64,000 bases of DNA from Perna viridis (taxonomy: Eukaryota): assembly GCA_037379345.1 (NCBI GenBank), contig CM074523.1, positions 4,038,525-4,102,524 of the forward strand, in the 5' to 3' direction. The notes beneath the pieces are model-generated. The model did no database searches. It saw only the letters and a list, made by a program, of their open reading frames with translations, and was not told the DNA's origin. A program made the position numbers and the translations under genes. This document shows, piece by piece, positions 53,801 through 64,000 of this stretch. How positions within the stretch are numbered: position 1 is the first letter of the stretch; each line of letters starts with the position of its first letter.

Positions 53801-56800
53801 ACTTAAATCCCTCAGTGAATGTGGAATAATGGTGCTTTCAATTAAGTTGTTTGGATAGGTTTAATGGACAATAACATTTCAAGAGCACTCAAAAGATAGA
53901 ATACAAAGTGTCATGTTATTTTCAGAAGGTACTATGGCCCAGTGTTTACATAGGAACAAATAGCTCTGTGAGAAGATAGTTCAGAACCCTGGTTTCATTT
54001 TTGTGGTTTCAATGTACATGTATCATGAACCTTTTAAAGCAACCTAGAAATGAGAAGAAAATCATATTATATGTAAATACATAAGGGAAATAGCTGCAGC
54101 AAAAACCCTAATTCCATGCCCAGAGGTCAACAGAGAAAAAAACCCCAAATACACCCTGCTACAGAGGTCATAATTCACGGATATTAGAGGCATCAGGATT
54201 GTTATAGGGAAAGCTCAACCTGACATAAATTCTATCCAAGTTATTGACATGACCTATAATTCTGTAAAGACATTTCAAAATTGGTTTTACTGTTTAAAAA
54301 ATTCTGAATAAGTACTGCTTGACATAAAGGCAAAAAATTAGAAGTCGTGGGAGCATGATCTATTTAAACTGATTACAGGGCTTGCCATATACTTTTTAAA
54401 AAGTGTCAATAATTATAATCTTGTTTACAGAGTGTCATATTCATCTTAAGTAGGTGGAAAAGCAGAAATATAAAAACTCTTGAGTACTAGCTTGTTTTGA
54501 ATTCAAATAACTTTTTTAATTCAAAATCTCGATTGAAAACATTGAAAGAACAATATTTTTCTGTCGGAAACCTGAAACAATGAACAGGAAATGGGACCCA
54601 ATGTCATATTGATTTTCAAACTTACGAACCCTAGGTGACCTTGATCAAGGACAATAACTCTTTCATGAAATGCCAGAAGGTGATTTGATAATATGAATAA
54701 CAACAATAGACACAATTGAAATGCTGAAATGCCATTTTTTCCTACTGGACTTATTTTTTTAAAAAGTTTCTTTTAACCTAAATTCAGGCTGTATAAACCT
54801 ACCCAAGCAGATTCAATGAAGCCCTACATCAACAAATAGTTGATTTCGATTTCTACTTGTAGGATTGTATGAACAGAGAAACAGACTACAGCTCTCACAT
54901 CAGTCAGTTCTATTCCCACTTTTTTGTATATACTATGGAATTAAAGAAATTTAAGAAAGTGTCAAATGTTCCAAACTGATAAAATTATTCAGTTTATCAA
55001 TAATGTCAATGCTTAGGCTAAATTAAGACATAACATAAGAACTGGGGTCATCCAAAATTTATAATAGGCGGGGTCAAAAGGGGGCTGGGAGGGTGTTCAG
55101 TTCCAGAAAGTAATTAACTGGGGAGGGGTTCCAGGCTATTATGTGCTCTCCCTGGGTCTGGGACTGTAGACATTGGAAGTTGATGAAACGTTTAGTATAA
55201 TGACAGTAAGATTTCTGGAAGCATAGATAGTGGTAAAATTGCTCATAAACACCAATCACTAGTATATTACAGAAACTATTTCTTGATGGTCTAGGATAAT
55301 GGATTGGCCTTGGGGTTAATTACTACTACTACTAAACTATTTCTGATCTATACAGATATATAGTAAATTGACATTTGGCTTTAGCTGTACAGATCTACTA
55401 GGTATTTAACATTTATACAACAAATCTTATTTTTGAGACCAGGGTTAATTGTATAAATTAATGTATTACAAAGTATAACTTGTTATATTACTTCAATACA
55501 ATTACTTATCAATTTGTAGAAAGTTAATGACAAATTCATTTCCCTAAACAAAAGTTTAAATGTCTTAGGAAATGCATCCATACCAACAGTAAGAGTACAA
55601 TAATTTTATTTTTATGTGGGTATAATTTTCTTTTTTTGTGAATTGTACTCACTATTTTGTGAATTTTGAAGTGTGGATTTTATTAGAGCATCTGTTTTGA
55701 AAGAAAAATACACATTTCATTGAAAATTTGCACTCAAGGTTGGACTTAATTACTGGTATGAGAATCCTTGAAAATTACAACTCAACAAAAGATAGTCCTT
55801 CAACATATAATAAAATAATTGAACAGCTATCTAACCTGACAAATAATTCCAGCCATTATAATCTTCTATCAGGACCAGTCACAAACCTCACCATTACACC
55901 CAGAAATAATCCTAAATATCATTACAGTGCTTCCTCCATTTAACTCATTAAAGAATCATTTTCTAATATATCTCAATTAGAATTCAGAACGAACTGCAAA
56001 TGCACAATACATCTGCATGTCCATAACCAGACATTCTACAAAATTACAGTGATCTGAGAGAGCATTAACAATAATTACAAATCGTCAACCGTGTGTAATT
56101 GGACAGAAAAACTGGCTGAGTATAAAACTGTGACAAAGGAACATGCAGTCTGTGCATTGTCAACATTGTCCCCAATGACTTAGGACATCGTCATTATCCT
56201 ATAATAAAGGCATCAAAGAAAACGACCATCACCTCCATGGAGTAATGGAGGCTACAAACATGGAATTATAGAAGTCATTCTCTGGAAATGTCAAGATATC
56301 CCTTTTGGGAATATTCATAAAGCCATCATGACCTTTTTGTATGTAGATCAATATTCAATCACCAAGAGGATAGAAATATTCCAACCTTACACCATAACAA
56401 AGACAATACTTGTATGGTTACTGCAACTGGTTTCCTAATCAGGAATAGGTTACCAATCATTTTAAAAATGCAGTCTCTCAAAGACTGATCCAGGAGTGTA
56501 CATCATATTTTTGTCCCCAAATTATGTATATCAAGGTTTCCTTGTTTAAATTTTTAGTGCTGTTCACTGAGCAATAATTTGATATAATATTCATAGGATA
56601 GAATCTGGTGTCAGGGGAAAGCAAAGGCATATTAAACTGTGTAAATATGTAACTGTTAAAAAACTAAATTAACTTCTGTAGGATAAAAAGTTAATCACAT
56701 TTTTTACTAAAGGAGAGAAATAAATGATTCATTTAAACTTATAGGTGTTTAACAGTTTTCCTTTTGAACAAAAATGACATGTGAGCAACAAAGCATTGTT

Positions 56801-58394
56801 TGAGGCAGGTTATTTGATCCTAAAGCTTCACAACCAAAATAAACCTCAAATCAAAGGAAACTTATATTCCTACCTCTTTCAGAATTGTCTCAATAAATTC
56901 CAGTATTAACATTTTATCCTCCTCTTGGCTTTAACTTCATTTACTGTGTTAATTTTCTTGTCCCATGACTGGCCTTAGGGAACAGTTATCTCCCCTACCT
57001 AATTAATATTGCCATGTCCAGATCAAATTACATTGTCATAATGTCCAGCAGGTGATGAATTATGTCCCTTTGACAGCAATTAGAATAAATGGTATCCTAA
57101 TACACAATAGTCTTCATATATAATTAAACTGGCTGTACCCTGTCATCAACAGTCTCCTATACATTGCACTTTCATCATTTTTAGATTTGAAAATTGGTAC
57201 TGTTCACAATATTTACTCATATGAATCTTAAATGGCCATTCCACATATCACTCTATATCAAATACACTGGTAGGATGGAGACAATGTACAACATTAGTCT
57301 GATAAATACTTCAATTCAAATTGACAATTAGACAGGGAAAATATTCAACCGGAAATCCTTATTTGTCAAATAAATTGAATAAAAAAACATAATTAAAAAA
57401 ATCAAATTATGGAGCTTATTTAGAAAATGGAAAGTTATTCCTTTTCAAGAGTACAACACTTTCCATTGTCATCTTTTTTTATCATACAAGGAAATAAAAT
57501 GATTTCATTCAATTGTCCCCGGTTGAATAAAAAGCATTAATGCTCTGATTTCTGAAACAGATTTCTCCTATTTTCCATACAATTTCAATTTCCAATCCTA
57601 AAACGTGTGTAAAGCACGATCCCTGTTAAGAAGACCTAATGATGCATACGTTATAATTACAAACATTACATTACCAAGCAAAAGAGTCTGCACATTAAGA
57701 AAGTAGGACTATTTAACAAAGGACAGATTTTACGGGAGAGGCTGCCATGAACACATAAAAAGAATTATAATGGCATGTGACCATCTGTTGTACAGGAATT
57801 ATGGGAAGTTTCAACTGTATCCCGCCAAGACCGGAATAAAATTGGAGTCGGAAATTAATGAAAGTGTCTCATGCATGCCCTATCAAATTCAGACATGGTG
57901 TTAAAATTTTACTCTGAGGTTAATTTTAGTAATGCAGGTTAGTACCACTAAGTCAATCATTTTAATATGATGGCCATTAAGTGGCAATATACAAAACATA
58001 AAAGGTATGATATAGAGAGACAAATCTTAATAGAATGACAATAAAGGAACACTTTACAAGACGTAAAATGTGAGATATACGGTAAGGCGTTGTTCCTTTG
58101 AGCCCCAGACAACTATAAAACTTAAAGTTTCCATAATGTATGGATTACAAGCTTAGTTCTTTCCAAATCTGACATTTGTCATACTTGTCAGATTGAATGG
58201 TGTTTTATGCATACAAAAAATCAAAAGTTTTGGAAGAATTTTAAATTCATGCACTTGAAACTTTTTCTTAAGTCTTTATGTGAAGAAACATCTATAAGGA
58301 TAAATCACTTTCACAAAACTGAAACATACGAGTGAAACATGACATTTATACCCCCACTCATACAGGATGTTGATAAGGTTCTACCTATATACAG

Positions 58395-58690
58395 ACACAT
58401 ACCAAATTTGAAATTAATCAGTCCAGTGGGAGCTAAGATTTCTGTGGTAAAATTTTTATCTATCATTCCATATAGTGAAAAATGGGAAAGTCCAACAAAA
58501 CATTGATATCGGACATCAACCAAAATTGCTTACTGTGTGTGCACCATTCATATAAACCCACACACAAAATTTGAAAATCAAACCATTCAGTAAGAGTTGA
58601 GATTTTAGTGACGAAAATTTTGATGGACAGAATGACAGACAGACAAGGTGATTCTAATACACCATCTACTTGTTGAATGCAGGCATATTA
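58395..58690 (+). mobile_element. Degenerate Helentron-type (HINE) 3' remnant
   Basis: Two diverged accaaatttgaaa blocks, a (GACA)n microsatellite, and the typical aaggtgattctaatac tail. Confidence 0.5.
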
Positions 58691-58703
58691 TATGAACTTA
58701 CCT

Positions 58704-58740
<37 letters not shown>

Positions 58741-59650
58741 AAGAAATATTGCAAAAAATTTAAGAATTTGCCTAAAATCTTAAGAATTTACTTTCATTCA
58801 GATGATGTTAAGTGATTGCTAAAAAATCTGTTAAATTCAAATTACATTTTAAAACTTATAAATGTGGTGTTTGAAATCATAAATTATATGTATTAAGATT
58901 TTTCATTATGCCTATAAAACCTTCATAACATTTTTCAGAACCACAGATTATTACCTAATCAAACAAGTTAGTGCAATATTTACAGGGACATAAAATGTTA
59001 TCGCAATCATTTACATGTTCCAGTGCAATTTTTACTATAATTTTCAATAAAATTTACATTAATATCATTTTGAAGTGTTCTTTAAGCTGCTACACCAAGG
59101 CAGTGCAGAATATTTAACTTGGATAATATACCCGAAATATCCTTGAAACTTCAAGATGTTCAGAGCAAAGTTTGTGATTGAATGTACAGTGAATCCTGTT
59201 AAAACAGAACTCCTTTTACACTATAGACATACAGTCTTCATGATAAATTTTTTAGTTCTTGATCAACAGGCCTAAACCCTATTTTGGATTTTTTTTACAA
59301 ATATGACTGGCTTACAGGCCAATGAACACATTTTTAAAGCCTCAGGCTTCGGACTTGTGTTTTGGTTCACACAGGTCCAAAATACATTTAATCGGATATA
59401 AAGGGACTCTGTCTGGTTTAGACAGGTTTTTAATTTATTCAGGATTTGGCTTTGGCAGGTTAAACCCATAGTTTATCTTTCCTGCACAATTCATGCTACT
59501 CCCTCCCCCTAAAAACAATGTCATTCTTTCATATTGTTTTAATACCAATGTAGATTCTCAACAATATTATTTTTCAACTGCAATGAGTAGCAAAATGGTT
59601 GTGTCATCTACAGTTCTCCCTTAATGACAGAGTTATTCCCCTTGACTTAC

Positions 59651-59788
59651 CTCTTTAACTTCCTTGTCTCCTTTGTATCTTGCTAACTCTCTGTGTAACC
59701 GAGCTACATGGATCTTCTCTCGCTTCGACACCTGTTTTTCTTCTGCCAAATGTCGACTGAGTTCTTCAATCTTTCGTTCCAAAACATC
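59651..59788 (-). CDS. NCKAP5: NCKAP5-like gene, first coding exon visible in window (DVLERKIEELSRHLAEEKQVSKREKIHVARLHRELARYKGDKEVKE)
   Basis: Not in the ORF track. Acceptor ttttccctcAG, donor GTaagt, 138 nt, phase 0/0. The REKIHVARLHRE motif resembles the vertebrate NCKAP5 N-terminal coiled coil (REKLAVARLQRE, recalled). Joins in frame to the exon at 23664-23797. Confidence 0.85.
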
Positions 59789-60990
59789 CTGAGGGAAAAA
59801 CAAAGGGAGATAATCAGCTATAGATGATCAACATTTTATTATCCCAATGTGTAAACTTCTGCAGTTTTTTGTTATTGATATCTTTAGGCATTAAAATAAT
59901 TTAATTATAAAACAAGATCTGTACACCCAGAGGGAGAGTTATCTAGAAATTTTTCACCTGTCTGGGTCTAAAAAAATTGATACAAATCATTCAATCACCC
60001 AATTCATAGGGAGGTGAGAAAATGTCAATGGTATATTCTAAAATATCATCTAGTCAAGAAGCCTGGACAATCAAGCATTTAACTGCAAGATGAAACAAAC
60101 AGTCAAAAGGCTATTGTCTATATTTTATTTAAACAAAATACAAGATTGGCTACCTTGTATTTTACAACTATCAGACAATGGAAAAACTTTATGTTCTATC
60201 ACCCTAAGGCAGGAGTATAAATTTATTTGATGGAATATGAAGTAATGTTTCCATATTGAAAGTCATTAGACAACCAGAATGATAACAGAATGTTGAACTA
60301 CTACATACGTTTTCATCTACATCTTATAACTTTTCAATAACCTTTGAAGTGCCAGTTCAAGAGACCAAACCCAATCAACATACCCTGGTTTTAGTTCTTG
60401 TCAATTTTTTTTACTATCAATACTTATTACATTTAACAGCAGGTGGCAATAAATTTAGTAACTTTTTGTCTATTTCTTCCAGGCAACATTAATAGGGTTA
60501 TCTACATCATAAAACTGTAGATTTCAAAGGCAATTTTGTTTGAACAGAAATTGCGTTTTAATGAAGGAATAATTTTCCTCTTCAATAAACTTTGAATAAA
60601 TCTTTCAGCTGGATAGCAGTGTGAGAAAATATACAATAAATTATGAGAACCCCTTTAATTAGTAAGAATTCTCTTCATTGACTTTGTTCCTGGTCTGTTA
60701 CAGTTCTTTGGGGGTCCCTTTGAACTCAAATGATTTAGGATTCCACAATTAATTGAATTAACTATATTTTTTGTACAGCTTATCCCAAATGACAGATCTC
60801 TGAACATCAATAATTTTTTGCAACTTTGAAGTTACAAAGCTAATTTTGGGCAATTAAATTTAATGACAAATAAATTGACTATTTTATGATTATGAAATGA
60901 TTACAAGAATTAGACAATAGAGTAAAAGTCTTTATTTTGGGTTAACGACCTACTTTATTTACATGTTCTCCATTACTTAACTGATCTCCT

Positions 60991-61080
60991 TAGTTTTCCT
61001 TTCTTCTACCCCTGACATGATATTTTATTAGCAACTTAGTAGGTGTTTCTAGAAAAACAAAGGATGCTTACCCTACCAGT
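60991..61080 (+). mobile_element. Degenerate fragment of the Penelope-like 3' tail
   Basis: agcaacttagtaggtgtttctagaaaaacaaaggatgcttaccctaccagt matches the core motif. Confidence 0.75.
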
Positions 61081-61178
61081 AAGCAAAAGAATCTAACGTC
61101 ATGGTTAATTTAAGGCATCAGAATAACTCCCCAAACTCTTTTTAAACATAAATTTGGAGTTTCTGTAATTAAATTAAG

Positions 61179-61315
61179 GGCATTTTCCCCCAACATTTTT
61201 CTGTCACTTGCCTAGTGTCATTGCCCATGCCTAGTGTAATTGCCTTATGGGTATTTTCTCCAACATTTCTGATTTACTTGCCTAATATCATTGCCTTGTG
61301 GGCATTTTCCCAACA
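61179..61315. repeat. Degenerate ~50-70-bp tandem repeat
   Basis: gggcattttc.ccaaca...acttgccta..tcattgcc recurs 2-3 times. Confidence 0.6.
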
Positions 61316-61804
61316 CATTTATTACAGCTGACAGATCAGCTCAATATCACTTTATGTGATCTAAACTGAATATAAAACCAATTTCCCACCATACAGCAGG
61401 AACCAGAAAAAAACAGATGATTAAAAAATCACCACTAAGATATATATCCATTAACCCCAATGTAAAAACTTGGCACAGTTTGAATTCATGTAATTCCTTA
61501 AGCCAAAAAACATTATTTTAAACTACAAGTCTGTGTAAGAGTTTTGCACTCTAGAGAAATTTGATCTAGCCACAGATACAGTACCAGTACCGTCTAAACT
61601 TTTTCTATTTGAAAAAAAGAGCAATAACTCATGAAGAGTAATTGCATCAAACTTATTACTATTCCAAGGTTTCTAAACCAGCAGTTCATACATAAAAGGC
61701 CAACACCAGGAGATATACATCTTAGGTTGCCATGGACATAAAGTCCAAATGTCCTGCCATCACAAAATGTTAGGAATGTCATAGTGCTTTCCTCATTTGT
61801 TTTA

Positions 61805-61975
61805 GATGATGACATAGCAGGTGTTTCCAGAGGATGCTCACCCTACCAGTGCACCTGGTCCATACTGTTAGTTTTCATTGGCATCCTGGTTGCTCATTTG
61901 TTCCTTTGTTTGTGTAATTTATGTGCTTTTTTTGTCTGTTTTAAAGGTTATTTTTTCCCTTTTGGATTATGGATA
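61805..61975 (+). mobile_element. Old, diverged copy of the Penelope-like 3' tail
   Basis: gcaggtgtttccagaggatgctcaccctaccagtgcacctggtccat...ggttgctcattt matches the core. Confidence 0.7.
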
Positions 61976-63127
61976 TCTCATACCTCATTCAAATTCTTCC
62001 ATCTTGGCTTTATCTAAGATTTGAACTTCAATTTTGCCAGATTTTTAAATACCCCACTGTTTTGAAAATATTCATAGAAAAAAAAATGACAGGAAGAAGA
62101 TAAGATTTATTTGTTATCAAATTCATCAGACATAAAATTTGATTTTTTTGACAGAATCTGACACAATTTGGACAGAAAACAATGTTTACATCAAATTCCA
62201 ACACATTTTGGGAGACTTCTTTATCTGAAGTGTGATTCATTTGGTAATTCGCTCAGGTAGGTATGATCCATTCTGTGAGAGTGCCTTAAATATAACCCTC
62301 AAACCAATAGGGGGAAGCTCTTTTGCTATGGGTACTAGATTCTTGTTAAAGTACAGATTCAAATTAACAAAACAATGAATTTACTATGAAAACTATGAAA
62401 ACAATATTTAATGAAATCAGAACTGTAACAAATAACAAAGTTTCCTTTCTGGTAATGATATTTTAAAGCATTTCAATGGTTAATAAATCCAAATTTACAA
62501 TAACTTATTTGTTTATCAATGTAATATGGCACAACTCAACATGGGTTAAGTCAGAACAAAACTTATTCCTTTCTTGATGCTCATGTCTCACATGACAAAC
62601 CATGTAAGATTCTGTGATTCCAAGGATTGAATTTAAGTATTACAACTAGCTTCATTTCTGCTCAGAATACCCCAGAATGCAGAATTATGCATGAAAAATT
62701 CTAAAAAACTTTTTTGGGAAGGCACCCTCTACCCACCTTTAATGTGGCCTCCTTGAATTGGAACAAGTCCTGCTCAACTAAAATGATGTGAAAACCCTGA
62801 ACTTAAAGCAAGTACCAAAAATGTCCACTAACTCTAATTTCATTATTTCTTTACCCCTCTTATAAATTCTGCAGATTTTAGCAAGTAGTAATAATTTCTG
62901 CTTAGAAAATTTTTACTGGCATTCCCCCCTAAAATTCCATAATAGACTATTACAACCACAAGAGACCACTGAAAAAAAAATCTGGGGGTCTTTTGCATAC
63001 TTAAAACCAATTCAGGTATATGCACTAGAGGGTTTTATAGAGCAAATACAAATTTTCAGATAATAGACAAATCTTCTAATTTACAGACTTATCATTCTCA
63101 CGGATTCTTGTTCATATATTCTTATTT

Positions 63128-63305
63128 AGGATCTGTCAAGCAGTCTTATATCACCACATGATCCTACCAAACCAGGACCTGTCAAGCAGTCTCATATCAC
63201 CACACAATCCCAACTAACCAGGAAATAAGAGAGAACTTTCTGTTTGAATCTTTCAAGCAGTCTCACCATATGATCCCAACTTACCAGGATTTAAGAGAAT
63301 TTTCT
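63128..63305. repeat. Degenerate ~45-bp tandem repeat (tcaagcagtctc...accagga)
   Basis: Three copies of tcaagcagtct...atccc..c.accagga. Confidence 0.7.
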
Positions 63306-64000
63306 GGTGGTCTCCATAAACTGATTTCAATTTGGACCCAGAGAGACCACAATTAATTTTCCTGAATGATAACCCTAAATCTGAGGTGAAAACATTTATA
63401 GATAAATGCAAGATGTATGTGGTGCATTTAAAGACTGACGTAATTAGATACCTGTTTAAGGAGTGTAAAACTTCAGGATTTTTTTCCACAAATGTTTCCA
63501 TAAACTGTAATTGAACTGTTTTTGGGGTTGAAATTTTCATTTTTTCATTTTTCAGTCAAACAACAAATTAAAATTCCCACTGAAAGGTACATTCTATTTG
63601 AAAATTGTGATCAACTTTAGAAACTACAAGTTTCAAACCACTAAGTCCACTACTAAAATTAGTACTGTAGAATGAAAATACCCATTGTTACACAGTGATA
63701 AATATATCAATAGTATACAGTAACAACTGATTCTTAATCAACTCTTTCTTTATGCGAATGTTTTTGTTTGTAAAAGGGGGAGGGTTAGAAAAAAAAAAAA
63801 CAAAATGGAATACTCAAGAAAGTTCAAAATTTTCAGAAAATAGAATCTTCTAAATTATAAAATGGGAAGTCCAGCACATTTTATCCTGCGAGGACATCAT
63901 TTCACAACTAGACTGTATAAGACATATTTATACTTACAAACAATGTATAAAATTTCTTTCACATACTTGTATCCATTATAATGAAATCATCCCAATTCAT

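Noticed and set aside
24577-59469. Nested protein-coding gene in the 35.9-kb intron
   Set aside because: Only 60-100-aa ORFs with AT-rich random composition and no coherent exon chain found. Small or non-coding exons cannot be excluded.
59800-64000. Upstream NCKAP5 exon or promoter
   Set aside because: No convincing phase-0 coding exon or promoter signature was seen. The gene start probably lies beyond the window.

Overview
AT-rich animal genomic DNA. The repeat families suggest a bivalve mollusc, most likely an oyster (inference). The window is dominated by one large minus-strand gene, an NCKAP5/NCKAP5L (Nck-associated protein 5 / Cep169)-like gene. I reconstructed 13 coding exons by hand (59788 down to the stop at 624). 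All have canonical GT-AG boundaries and consistent frame, giving 6024 nt or about 2007 aa. The 5' end lies beyond the window, and there is one ~35.9-kb intron (23798-59650). The introns hold a 5'-truncated Penelope-like retroelement with an intact RT reading frame, plus four solo copies of its structured 3' end. They also hold Helentron-type non-autonomous elements, several MITEs, a LINE/SINE 3' end with a TSD, minisatellites, and a perfect 84-bp-arm palindrome. No prokaryotic features (CRISPR, operons), tRNA or rRNA were recognised. The leading candidates for new biology are the structured, self-repeating 3' RNA module of the Penelope-like element, a candidate recursive splice site in the giant intron, and the perfect palindrome.
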